Shown piece after piece: positions 33,775 to 44,400 of a stretch of DNA of 63,417 nucleotides. The notes beneath the pieces were generated by a model. It was not told the origin of the DNA and ran no database searches. It was given only the letters and a program-made list of their open reading frames with translations. The first letter of the stretch is position 1. Each line of letters starts with the position of its first letter. A program made the translations under genes and the position numbers. The stretch lies in the IMG/VR virus record IMGVR_UViG_2710264769_000001, one strand, 5' to 3'. Source of the stretch: a virus.

Positions 33775-34590
33775 ATGCCAAGATTGAAAGCTGCAAATAA
33801 TGCTAGGACAACTCTTTCGCAATCTATAGATGCAACTGCAACCTCGTTTACTGTAAACGATGCTTCAATTTTTCCTAGCCCACCCTTCAGAATAACAATA
33901 GAAAGCGAAATAATGGAGGTTGGGGCAAAAGATAACGTTACGAATACTTTTTCTAGTGTCCAGCGTGGATTGGAAGGAACGACGGCTACCAGTCACTCAA
34001 ATGGAGTTCCTGTGGAAAACAGACTGACTGCTGGAACTTATGAGGAACTTGCTACGGCGGCAGATCTTGAGTCGCATTTGTCCGATACTGCGCCACACGG
34101 AGCAGTTGCAACGGCTACTCCGGATAGGCTTGCCCTGCGTGACAGCAAAGGGCAGGTTGTGGGATTTGTGCCCGCAGCAAGGGTATACCATAGTGTTGCT
34201 CAAAGCATAGCTAGTGCTACCACAACTTATTTATCGTTCGACAGTGAACGGTTTGATACTGATGGAATACACGATCCTGTGACCAATAATAGCAGGCTAA
34301 CTTGCCAGACGGCGGGCAAATACTTTATTTCGGCAACGATCCTGTGGGGGTCAAATACAACGGGATATAGACAGTTAGGGTTGCGCCTAAATGGTGTCAC
34401 TACAATTGCTTTAGATCGCCGAAATACGAATGCCACGGCCTTTAATCCAGCCATGACCGTTTCAACCCTGTACAACCTTTCAGCAGGAGATTATGTAGAG
34501 ACGCAGGTATATCAGAACTCTGGTGGTGCGTTGGACGTAGGCGTTATATCAGCATATACTCCAGAATTCATGATGATTAAGGTGGGATAG
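33775..34590 (+). CDS. Tail fibre/receptor-binding protein with a C1q/TNF-like C-terminal domain
   Basis: ...YLSFDSERFDTDGIHDPVTNNSRLTCQTAGKYFISATILW...LGLRLNG...STLYNLSAGDYVETQVYQ matches the C1q-head pattern. Confidence 0.55.
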   Translation: MPRLKAANNARTTLSQSIDATATSFTVNDASIFPSPPFRITIESEIMEVGAKDNVTNTFSSVQRGLEGTTATSHSNGVPVENRLTAGTYEELATAADLESHLSDTAPHGAVATATPDRLALRDSKGQVVGFVPAARVYHSVAQSIASATTTYLSFDSERFDTDGIHDPVTNNSRLTCQTAGKYFISATILWGSNTTGYRQLGLRLNGVTTIALDRRNTNATAFNPAMTVSTLYNLSAGDYVETQVYQNSGGALDVGVISAYTPEFMMIKVG

Positions 34591-34591
34591 C

Positions 34592-35065
34592 ATGAAACTG
34601 ATATATACAAAAACTCATATATTAAGCAAGTTGCATGACGAACTCCTTGCAGCAGGCATCCCGTTAGATAATGGCGGTGCAAGCCCAGTGCAAGGTATCG
34701 GTGACGAAATTTATATCTATGTGGCAGATAGCATACCACAGGCAACCATAGACCAAATAACTGCAATAGTCAATGCCCACGACCCAACACCGCCACCTTC
34801 ACTTTTGCAATCGTTAAATATAACCGCAGACAAAGCCCAAATCACCGCAGATGGTATAGATACAGCAACCATTATCATAACTTTAGAGCCGGCGGGTACG
34901 GGCGTTACTGCGGTTGATGTACTTGTGGATGGCCCTCCCGTAACTGAAATTGATATCATTGATAATGTAGCAATCTTTGAATTTACTGCAACTGACGCGG
35001 GGAAATATATGGTCGAAGTTATTAGCGGCAATATCCGTAACCATATTTTTGTAAAGGCGGTGTAA
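34592..35065 (+). CDS. Ig-like (Big-type) domain protein
   Basis: ITADKAQITADGIDTATIIITLEP...VDVLVDG. Confidence 0.5.
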   Translation: MKLIYTKTHILSKLHDELLAAGIPLDNGGASPVQGIGDEIYIYVADSIPQATIDQITAIVNAHDPTPPPSLLQSLNITADKAQITADGIDTATIIITLEPAGTGVTAVDVLVDGPPVTEIDIIDNVAIFEFTATDAGKYMVEVISGNIRNHIFVKAV

Positions 35066-35234
35066 GGCATGAAGGTTGAAAAGAAGATGGGCAAAGTTAA
35101 GATAACCGCTTCCAAGCAGAATGAGGAAATTAAGAGGTTAAAAGTAGAGGTTGAGAAGTTAAAGAAAACTAAGTAATACACATCTGGTCTAAGAAGTGTA
35201 GCAGTTTAACAATTTGCCCACAGGAGGCAACTGT

Positions 35235-36245
35235 ATGAAACACACTGAGAATAGCCAGGATACCGGCTATTTTTTAGTTTCTCAGCTAATAGACGAAGTA
35301 GAAGAACTGTTTGGCCCTGTAGATAGAAACAAACTGGAGGCAAGGTTGTCGGCTATTCTATCATTATACGATATTGCACCTAAAAAACCAGAAGCAGGCC
35401 ATCCAGATATTATTGAGAAAATGAAGTCTTTTTTGTCTGCTAAGAAGATAGAAGGGTTTTCTCGCAACACGTTGAGCGGTTATGGTATCGAGTTAAGAAT
35501 ATTTGCTGAAAGTATGCCAAAACCAGTTGACGAAATTGAGACAAATGATATTCGGATGTTCTTAAGTAAGTTTAACCACTTGAAACCAAGTTCTTTGGCA
35601 AAGAAGCTGTTTGTCTTAAAAAGTTTTTTCGGTTGGCTTACGGAAGAAGAGATAATTCAACGTGATCCTACACGAAAAATAAAACCGCCTAAAACCGAAA
35701 AAAGGATGCCGAAATCTCTAACTATCGGGGAACTGGAAATGTTGAGAGAACACTGCAAAACACCGAGAGAGAGGGCATTTATTGAAGTATTCTATGCTAC
35801 TGGTGGCAGGCTTACTGAAGTGTACCAGCTAAATAAAGAAGATGTTGACTGGCAAAATCTTTCTATTAGGGTATTGGGCAAGGGAAGCAAAGAACGAGAA
35901 GTTTATCTTTCTACTAGGGCAGCTTATCATTTACAGAAATACTTAAACTCCAGAAGTGATAACTGCACAGCATTGTTTGTAACCGAAAGAAAACCGTACA
36001 GAAGATTATCTAGAAGAGGCATCCAAAGAGAAATAAAAGCCATAGCCGCTCGAGCCGGAATAGAAAAGAATGTCCATCCGCACGTGCTCAGGCATACTTT
36101 TGCTACGCTTACTTTAAATAACGGGGCAGAACTGGCAGTTTTACAGCAATTGTTGGGGCATGAATCTCCTGTTACTACGCAGGTTTATGCTCAGGTAACA
36201 GATGAAAGGAAAAGGACTACACACAAAAAGTACTTAATTCAATAG
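35235..36245 (+). CDS. Tyrosine recombinase, XerC/XerD-like (second recombinase of the genome)
   Basis: ATGGRLTEV (Arg), HVLRHTFAT (HxxR), LGHESPVTTQVYAQV (His/Tyr). Own RBS (ACAGGAGG) and own terminator. Confidence 0.85.
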   Translation: MKHTENSQDTGYFLVSQLIDEVEELFGPVDRNKLEARLSAILSLYDIAPKKPEAGHPDIIEKMKSFLSAKKIEGFSRNTLSGYGIELRIFAESMPKPVDEIETNDIRMFLSKFNHLKPSSLAKKLFVLKSFFGWLTEEEIIQRDPTRKIKPPKTEKRMPKSLTIGELEMLREHCKTPRERAFIEVFYATGGRLTEVYQLNKEDVDWQNLSIRVLGKGSKEREVYLSTRAAYHLQKYLNSRSDNCTALFVTERKPYRRLSRRGIQREIKAIAARAGIEKNVHPHVLRHTFATLTLNNGAELAVLQQLLGHESPVTTQVYAQVTDERKRTTHKKYLIQ

Positions 36246-36251
36246 GAACTT

Positions 36252-36278
36252 AAGAGCCGCAAGGCTCTTTTTATTTTT
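36252..36278 (+). terminator. Rho-independent terminator
   Basis: aagagcc-gcaa-ggctctt followed by tttattttt. Confidence 0.75.
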
Positions 36279-36395
36279 ACAAAGTAACCTGCAAGTTTTT
36301 GCAAAGAACCTCGCAAAGCTGCATTCAAGGGTTTTGAGGTGTACATCAAGGGCCATTCTTGGCGGCAACTTATAAATCTCAAGGTGGTAGTTAGA

Positions 36396-38639
36396 ATGTT
36401 TAATGCCTATTTATTCAACGAACATAGTTATAACTATCAAAAAGAACAATATGTTAATGCGAACCTTTCCGGCTATGGGATGCTGGTTGCTAATATGACT
36501 ACCCGTATTCATTGTTCTGGCACGCTTGCAGGCTACGGTATAGCAGATTTTGCCTACTGGCGACGCTGTTTTATAGATGCATTATTGCCAGGTGCTGGAC
36601 AAATCACGACTAGATTACGTAGCTATAAAGGTGCGTTTAATGAAGCAATTTCCATAGAAACGACATACGGCGAAACATTAACTATTCCTGCTAATGGCGT
36701 TTTGAATACTTCTGAAGGGAGTATTAAGTGCTGGATTTCCCTTCTTCGTAATCCCGGCACTACAGAGCAATTTATCTTCGATGGCGCTGGAGCAATAAAT
36801 CGCAATATGCAGGTTCTAATAAAAACTGACGGAAGGCTCGGTTTGCGGTATGGTACCGGAGCAACTACTATCGAAATAGCTGGGCCATCTGCACTGGTTA
36901 AAGAAGAAGCTTATTGGGTAGTTTGGCGATGGTCAAGTGAAGGTGTGGCTCTGTTTCTCAACGGTGAAGCAGTTGCTGCAAACTCCATTGCGCCGGATAT
37001 AAGTTTTGGTTCTTATGTTTACGGGGGTTCCAAAGCCGACGGCACCTGTCAGCTAGATGGCCTTATTGACGACCTCTGCATTTCATCCCGTGCTCCTACT
37101 AACGCAGAGATAGCGGCAGCTTACCAGAATGGAAACGAAGCGCCGCTGGAATTGGATAAAGATACAACGTATCTGATGCGTTTCGACGGCAACTTGAATG
37201 TCCAGGCCACTTATGTCTGGACCTCCCCAGCCATTGACGCCAGCAACGCAACCAACAAGGCATCCGGCCACGTGGCTTTAACCGCCGAAACGCCCGGCAA
37301 CAGTGTTATTGCTGTCCAGTCCCGCAGTGCTCCGGCCTCTGTTGGCCCGTGGACGGATTGGGTGAATGCCTTGGTAGACGGCACTCTCCAGCATACCGCG
37401 GATAATTTTGTCCAGGTACGGTTGACCCTCACCCGGAGCGGTGAGGATGACCCGAACATTGATGAACTGGTGGTGATCTTCGACGGGATGCCTGCCGCCA
37501 CTCTGCTGGCTTCTGACTTTACTGCCGAAGGCCAGTTTTATTTTGACACCCTTCTAGATAATGTGGTAATCGTCAACGGCATTAATGCTCCGCGCAAATA
37601 TGACGGTACTACCATAGCGCTTTTAGGCGGCTCTCCTCCTCATGCCCGGTATGTGGCGGCGCATAAGAATAGATTATGGTTGGCCTTGGGCTCTAGGCTT
37701 TATTTTTCAGAACTGCTTAACTTTGACGACTGGCCGGTTCTAAACTTTATAGACATCAGCCCAAACGACGGCGACACCATCACCGGAATTATGACCTATG
37801 GTGATTACCTGATCATAACTAAAGGTCATTCACTCTGGATGCTGACAGGTGACGGCATAGAAACTTTCATGGTCAGGCGTATTCATGCGGACCGGGGTGC
37901 TTATGCACCGAGATCGCTTATTAAGATTAACGATACTTCATGCTTTGTCTCCGATGATGGTATCTATCTGACAGATTTTACCCAGGCCGTTCTTATCAGC
38001 GAAAGAATAAGGAATTACTGGCGCACTTTGAATCCAAGGCGTCTAAGCCAGGTGGCAAGCTGGTTCTATGATCATAAACTTTATGTGGCTGCTCCATCAG
38101 GTAGCAGTATTTACAACAACACTTTAATCGTTTACGACGTTTTAAGACAGGCTTTTATCGGGGTTTACACAGGCTGGAATATTTCCTGCTGGACTTCGTT
38201 CAGGGAAGGCGGCAGAATAGCCAGTTATTATGGAAGTTCTACAGAAACGCAGGTAACAGAGATAGGGACAGGCTTTTCCGATAACGGAATGCCTTATACT
38301 ATGAAATGGCGAAGCAAGGAGATCGACTTCGGCGCACCGGAGATATACAAGAGGCTCAATAAGATGCTTTTGCAGGTTTCTCCTGCTGCTACGGAAGCAA
38401 CTATTATATTGAGGTTCTATGTCAATGGGCAGTATATCGGAGAAATGCCTGTAGTAATTCCTGCCGGTGTTGGCAACCTGGTTCACAATATCCAGGTTCT
38501 TGCCAGTAAAGCCGGAGTGGTTGGCGGCCAGAGGCTTGCGCTGGAGATAGCCCAGGAAGTATTGAACAATCCCGTGGGTATACAGTTGATAAGCATAGAA
38601 CACATGGCCAAAGGTATCAAGCCTACCATTTTCCGGTAA
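36396..38639 (+). CDS. Large tail/baseplate protein with a LamG (concanavalin-like) domain
   Basis: IKCWISLL...FIFDG...LRYGTG...WVVWRWSSEGVALFLNGEAVA...DDLCISSRAPTNAEI is LamG-like; the rest is beta-rich. ATG 36396 with a GGTGG RBS. Confidence 0.6.
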   Translation: MFNAYLFNEHSYNYQKEQYVNANLSGYGMLVANMTTRIHCSGTLAGYGIADFAYWRRCFIDALLPGAGQITTRLRSYKGAFNEAISIETTYGETLTIPANGVLNTSEGSIKCWISLLRNPGTTEQFIFDGAGAINRNMQVLIKTDGRLGLRYGTGATTIEIAGPSALVKEEAYWVVWRWSSEGVALFLNGEAVAANSIAPDISFGSYVYGGSKADGTCQLDGLIDDLCISSRAPTNAEIAAAYQNGNEAPLELDKDTTYLMRFDGNLNVQATYVWTSPAIDASNATNKASGHVALTAETPGNSVIAVQSRSAPASVGPWTDWVNALVDGTLQHTADNFVQVRLTLTRSGEDDPNIDELVVIFDGMPAATLLASDFTAEGQFYFDTLLDNVVIVNGINAPRKYDGTTIALLGGSPPHARYVAAHKNRLWLALGSRLYFSELLNFDDWPVLNFIDISPNDGDTITGIMTYGDYLIITKGHSLWMLTGDGIETFMVRRIHADRGAYAPRSLIKINDTSCFVSDDGIYLTDFTQAVLISERIRNYWRTLNPRRLSQVASWFYDHKLYVAAPSGSSIYNNTLIVYDVLRQAFIGVYTGWNISCWTSFREGGRIASYYGSSTETQVTEIGTGFSDNGMPYTMKWRSKEIDFGAPEIYKRLNKMLLQVSPAATEATIILRFYVNGQYIGEMPVVIPAGVGNLVHNIQVLASKAGVVGGQRLALEIAQEVLNNPVGIQLISIEHMAKGIKPTIFR

Positions 38640-38652
38640 AAGGAGAGATTTT

Positions 38653-39213
38653 ATGCCTTATGTTGATTTAGGGCCTCCAAAGAAAGAATACACGCCAAAG
38701 GCATTAGCGGCTATCTTTACCCTGATCCAGCAGGGCATTAACTTTATTGACAAGACCAATTTCCCGAGAGGGATAAGCGGGACAATCATTAATGCCGGGA
38801 CACTGCCGGGAGCAGCCCTTAAAAACGGAGACACTCCTTTATACAAACTGGAGTGGCGGGAATGGCCTATCCCCTTGGTGCTGCTTGGCGATCCGGTTAA
38901 TACTACCAGCACAAGTGGCAAGGATGTCGGCGGGTATTTCGCCTGGAACCCGCTTAACTTCCCGGGTGCAGGGAAATGGTATCTGGAGGCAAGTATGGCG
39001 ATTGCCGACGCTTCCGCAACCGCAACCTGTATTTTGAAAGGATCTGCTGAATACGGCAGTGTATCCACGCAAGAAACAGCGCTTATACGTGTTAGGTCTG
39101 GAGAAATAGCCATGCCTGCCAGCGGAGAAAACCTCTGGGTAGTGTTAAAAACCAGCAATGCTAGTTATGCGGCAGCTCTGGCGGCGGCAAGGCTGATATT
39201 TGTTCCGGGTTAA
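38653..39213 (+). CDS. Tail structural protein
   Basis: 186-aa ORF; AAAGGAG RBS. Confidence 0.45.
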   Translation: MPYVDLGPPKKEYTPKALAAIFTLIQQGINFIDKTNFPRGISGTIINAGTLPGAALKNGDTPLYKLEWREWPIPLVLLGDPVNTTSTSGKDVGGYFAWNPLNFPGAGKWYLEASMAIADASATATCILKGSAEYGSVSTQETALIRVRSGEIAMPASGENLWVVLKTSNASYAAALAAARLIFVPG

Positions 39214-39244
39214 AAATTGATCAAGCGGAAAGGAGTTGATAGTT

Positions 39245-40444
39245 ATGCCAGCTTCAAACGACTGGATTAGCAGCCTTAGTCCCACACAGTTAGGTAAATT
39301 GGCTGAAACTGCCCCACAGTTAGTTCCGAAGGGAGCGCAGGTATCAAAAGACCCCAGCACTGTTTCAGCACCGACTTATACCTGGGAAGGAACTAAGCTG
39401 ACCCCACAGCAGGAATTAAATAAGGCAACAGGCTACAAAATTCAAGATACTTCACCCCAAATAGGCACGGCAACTTTAGTTGAACGCACTCCCACAGGAC
39501 AGGAAGGCCAGTATTATCAAACTTATCAGGTATATGAACCTCAAACAGGGCAAACGACTAAAACAGAAAGTATAGTTGAGCCGGGTAGACAGCAACAACA
39601 GCCGACTTTCTCCCCCGACTACGTGATGAACCAGGCCATCCCCATCTTTAACGAACTCCAGCGGATCTGGCAGGAAACAGCCGGCAACGTAGAGCTTGCC
39701 CCCCTTGTGGCGCAGGCTTATGCACAGCTAATGAGCACCATTGAGCAGGCCGAGGCTTCCATTCGCAGGCAGTTTGAGGAGCAGATGGGCGGCGTAGACC
39801 CTGCTACTCAGGCGGCGCTGGCCAGCTTAAAGGAGACCGTCCAGGAGCAGCGCAGGTCGCTCATGGAAGAAATGAGCCGCAGGGGATTGCTCCAGTCCGG
39901 TATATGGCTGGAGATGGAGGGCAGGCTTGCCAAAGGGCATCTGACGGCACAGCAGCAGATGCTGGGTAATCGTTTATCCGCTCTCCAGAACCAGTTAAAC
40001 CAGGCTTTGCAGAACTTCGCTTCGGCCAGGATAAACGCTGCGTCTCAGTACGGTCTTGAAGGGATCAGGCAGTTGGAATCCGATGTAACAAGAAGGCAGG
40101 AGGCCATAGCCAAGAATTTACAGAACGCCATCAACCTGGCGCAGTGGCAGGATCAGCAGGAGCTTGGCTGGTATAGTGCCAGGGCGCCTTACGAGCTTGT
40201 GCCGGAATCTGAACGATGGCAGCAGGAGCCTACAACGCCTGCAAGCCAGACATTGGCCCCTGCTGTTGATTATGGCAAGCAGCTCTATGAGGCTCAAAAA
40301 GCTTACAGTGCGGCTACTACGCAGGCGGAAAGGGATGCAGCCGCATTAAGAGGACAGGAAATAAGGCAGCAGGCAGAAAAGGCAGGATTGACAACGGCGC
40401 AGGTAGACGCAGCGGCCCAGGATTGGTGGCGAAGGGGGTATTAG
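39245..40444 (+). CDS. Q-rich coiled-coil virion protein
   Basis: 400-aa ORF; GGAAAGGAG RBS before ATG 39245. Confidence 0.5.
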   Translation: MPASNDWISSLSPTQLGKLAETAPQLVPKGAQVSKDPSTVSAPTYTWEGTKLTPQQELNKATGYKIQDTSPQIGTATLVERTPTGQEGQYYQTYQVYEPQTGQTTKTESIVEPGRQQQQPTFSPDYVMNQAIPIFNELQRIWQETAGNVELAPLVAQAYAQLMSTIEQAEASIRRQFEEQMGGVDPATQAALASLKETVQEQRRSLMEEMSRRGLLQSGIWLEMEGRLAKGHLTAQQQMLGNRLSALQNQLNQALQNFASARINAASQYGLEGIRQLESDVTRRQEAIAKNLQNAINLAQWQDQQELGWYSARAPYELVPESERWQQEPTTPASQTLAPAVDYGKQLYEAQKAYSAATTQAERDAAALRGQEIRQQAEKAGLTTAQVDAAAQDWWRRGY

Positions 40445-40447
40445 GAG

Positions 40448-41428
40448 ATGGCTATTGAAGATATGTCATGGTTAATCGAAGCTTCACGGAAAGCACAGGA
40501 GAAGCGACAGCAGTTTGCTTCTCCTTCTATTTCACAGCATATTCCTACCGGATTTACCGGCCTTGCTGCTGCCAAAGAGCCTGCATTTAAGATGCCACTT
40601 AGTCCGAAAGAAAGGGCGGGCCAGATCATTGAGCAGATGAGGCAGGAGCAGGCCCAAAGGCCGGTAGTTCCTACTATTTCCGGTAAAAGGCTCATGGAAG
40701 AACTTCGCAAACAGCAGGAAGCGGAGAAAAGAGCGCAGGAAGAATGGGAATATCAGTTAGAACGGGATAAGCTGGCTGATGAGCGTTATGAGAAGGAATG
40801 GGAATACAAGGTTGCACAGGATGCTATTGCCAATGCTTTGAAAGCGAAAGCGGCAAGCGGAACAGGAACAAAAACAACAAAAGAAGATCTTTATAATCCT
40901 CTAGAACCTTATCCCTGGCTAACTACAGAAAACCAGCAAAGAGAGTTTCTTAATGCTGTAGGAGGCCAATATATCAGTAACTTTATTAACGATATTATCG
41001 CTGACGGGGGTTCCTGGAAAGACATCAAAAGCGCGCTGGATTCTCCGGCAGTAAAAACACAGTTGGCGGCTCACATGTTAAATGATACAGACGCACTCCA
41101 GATAGCTTTAGAACGATATGAACAAGCTATTAATTCCATGATTGCACAACAAAGGCCTATTCCGGTTGGCGCCAGTAAAGATCCTATTTCATTTTTCGGT
41201 GGAATAACACAAAGAGTGGATTGGTCCAAAAAATACTTAAATGATCTGGAAAAAGCAAGGAAAGAAGTAATGGAAGCTCTGCTCAAGGCACCAATTCAAA
41301 AAGCGGAACAAGAAAAAACTGTAGAAAGATATAGCAGTACGTTTATACCGTCATTTTTCCCTCAAACTAATTTGTCCAAGGTCCAGGGCCAGCAAAGGCC
41401 TAGGATTCCAGGCGTTTCTACGAGATAA
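40448..41428 (+). CDS. Coiled-coil virion protein
   Basis: 326-aa ORF. Confidence 0.5.
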   Translation: MAIEDMSWLIEASRKAQEKRQQFASPSISQHIPTGFTGLAAAKEPAFKMPLSPKERAGQIIEQMRQEQAQRPVVPTISGKRLMEELRKQQEAEKRAQEEWEYQLERDKLADERYEKEWEYKVAQDAIANALKAKAASGTGTKTTKEDLYNPLEPYPWLTTENQQREFLNAVGGQYISNFINDIIADGGSWKDIKSALDSPAVKTQLAAHMLNDTDALQIALERYEQAINSMIAQQRPIPVGASKDPISFFGGITQRVDWSKKYLNDLEKARKEVMEALLKAPIQKAEQEKTVERYSSTFIPSFFPQTNLSKVQGQQRPRIPGVSTR

Positions 41429-41445
41429 GAAAGGAGGGGCAATTA

Positions 41446-44400
41446 ATGGCTATTGACCGCAGAAGTGATCCATTAGGGCTTTATGCAGCGTACGAAGAAA
41501 ACAAAAAAAAGAAGAAACGGCCAGTATTTGAGCCGGATCTTTCCAGACGAACTATGCCAACAACTCCAGAAACCCCTGTAATACCCACAACGGCCATAAG
41601 CACCCCTGATTTATGGCAAAAATCAGCACCGGTACAGCAGGTTGTTCCGGCTAAACCATTTGTGCCACAAGTGCCTGCTACAGAAATGGGCAGGTATGCG
41701 GAACCTGATATAATAAAACCTACAGTAATGCCTGATGTTGTTACAGGCGCAGCTCCAACGGCAAAGCAGGTTATAGAAAACCTAAAGGCAAAACAGATTA
41801 TCCCTTCTATTCCGACAACTCCTACATTTGACTATGAATGGAAATGGGAATATTTGCGGCCACCTACAACTCCTACAGATGTAAAGGAAAAAGCACAAAT
41901 AGACAAAACGCCTCCTGATTGGTTTAAAAGGCTTATGAGCGGCAAAGATATTTTTGGTATTCAGGCAAAAAGACAGGAAATGCTTGAAGAAGGATGGGAG
42001 CCTACTACTCCACAGGCACTTGAAGAATGGTCCCAAAGGCTTAGGGCTTTTGAGCGGACTAAGCCAGGGCAGTATTTGCTCCGCATGAGCGAAATGGCGG
42101 GGCAAATAGCGGCCCCTGGAAAGAGCGTTTATGAAGAAATGCCTTCTACTGGTAACGAAGCACTTGACTTTACTGCCGATATTATAGGTGTAATTACAGG
42201 TTATATGGTTCCTGGCGGTATAGGCCGCATGGGTTATGAAATTGTATCCCCTGCTACAAATATGGTTATGGGACGTCTTTTGACAGGCAAAGTAGGGGAA
42301 CGTGTGCTTAGAACTATGGCCAGCCAGAAAGTTTTGCAGGAGTTGGGCCCTGTCCCTTCGCCGCTTAAAGATATTGTCGGCAGGGTTGCTGCAAGGGCGG
42401 TTATCGGCGGCCTTACATCAGGCATTAATTTTTCTGGCCGCAGATTGCTTTTAGATGCTTTACAGCTTCAAGGGATTCCCGATGCAAAAAAGATACAAGA
42501 GATAGCGAAAAATTTAACTAAAGATTTTGGCTGGGGCTTTTTGACCGGAGCTGTTCTTGGCGGAGGCAGGGCGATTATCAAGGAAGCGTCGCCGTACTTT
42601 AATAAAGAAAGCATGGTGCGCCAGGGATACAGGGAAATAAAAGATCCTGCCACTAAAAAGGGACTGGATATTTACTGGAGAGAAACCAGGGTCCAAAAGG
42701 GTGAAAGACCATCAATAGAATTTGTAGTAGTAAAACCGACAGAAGAAACTTTACAGGCAAGAATAGATTATCTGTATAAATATTCACAGACGGAATGGGC
42801 GCAAACACCCAGAGGCAGGGAAATGATTGCCCGGATTAAAGATACTGTAGATGCCTATGAAATAGGCAAAACCGGCGCATTTGCAATCATTCCAGAAGCT
42901 CCATATACAAAAGAATGGCCTATGAGAGCGCCCAGGCCGGAAGTGCAGGAAAAGGTGCAGAGATTACAGGCCGTTACTCGTGGCGAAATTCCTCCCACTG
43001 GACAGGTTCCAACTACTGCTACCGGTTTATATGGAGAAAAAGTCGAATTACCCTATGTTGGACGGCGACAGCAGGCCCCATCAAAGTTTCCGGAATTTAA
43101 AGTTTTACCAACCGATGTGGGCAAACTGCAACCCATGACAGCTCCCATTGCCGGAGGGCCTATCATAAGCCCTTCACAGCTACGGCAACTTGTAAGAGAA
43201 GGCACTGCCAAAAGCACAAAAGAGATTAACGATGCTACTATTTTAGCTTATCAGAAGGCGGTAGAACAGGGCCTTGGGCATAAAGAAGCCCGGAGCATAG
43301 TCCAAAATATTGTTGATACTTTCAGGCAGGTTGGGGCAAGGCTGAATACAGAAAACGTAGCAAAGTATTTTGAAAATATAAATGCTGGTATGGCCCCTGC
43401 GGAAGCTGTAAAAATGGTAGCAGAAAGGCCGGATAAAATTGGGCCAACTGCTGTTTACCGTGATCCGTATCAAATGACCCAGGAAGAATATGTCGCCAAA
43501 AAGGTTAAAGAAGGAGTGTCCCGGGATGCGGCTGAGAGAGAGCACTATGAGGCTGTAGCCGAAGCGATCCGCGCGGACAGGGTTGTAACGCCTGCGGCTG
43601 TTGCCAGTTATCCTGATTTAGAGAAAATATTGGAAGAAAAAATAGCAAAGCGCACAGAAGAAATGAAGGCGGTTGAAATTGCAAAGGCGAAGCCGGAAGT
43701 TAAGCCTGAACCCAAGCCTGCCGAAGTACCGGCGAAGGAACCGTGGCAGATGACCAGGAAGGAATACATGGCAAAAGGTATAATACCTTTGCCTGTAGAC
43801 CATCCTTTGCAGGTTAAAGCTGAAAATGCAATAAAGGCTTTGAAAGAAGCAAAGAAAAAATTGCTTGATGTTTCCCCACACAAATATGGTGATGATGCTA
43901 TAGAAAAGTCTTTACGTTCAACAAAAGTTCCGCGTGAAATTAAAGAAGCGTACAATATCGCCAAAAAAGAGTATCGAAGCGCAGTCAATGCGGTTGAACA
44001 AGAGGCAGATCATAAAACATTAGTTGAGCGAGCCCTTGCCGAAGGCAAGCCCATACCTCCTGAAGTATTGGCCGATTATCCCGATCTGAAGCCTGTGGAG
44101 GCACCCGCCAGAACCATTGACGATCTCAACCTTGGCCGCAGTGGTAAAGCTGCTTTAAAGAAATGGGCTGCAAATGAAAGAATAATGGTGGACTTGGATA
44201 AACCAGATGATCCTGATACAAAACTATTCGTTGAGTTCTTCAATAAGTATTATCAAGCAGGGTTAGAGGGAGTTAGCAAAAGAAACATTCCCTTTGATGA
44301 GGTAGATACTGGCTTTCCTCCTTTCCTGGCTGATGAATTTTATGAGGCAGGTGAAAAGGACGCTGCAAGAACAAAACCAAAAGAGGAACCAGAAAAGCCT

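Noticed and set aside
33380-35181. Inverted fibre-gene cassettes (shufflon) served by the nearby tyrosine recombinase, for example minus ORF 34717..35181
   Set aside because: The minus-strand ORFs in this region are antisense artefacts of the Ig-like and fibre genes. I found no inverted repeats bracketing a segment by eye.
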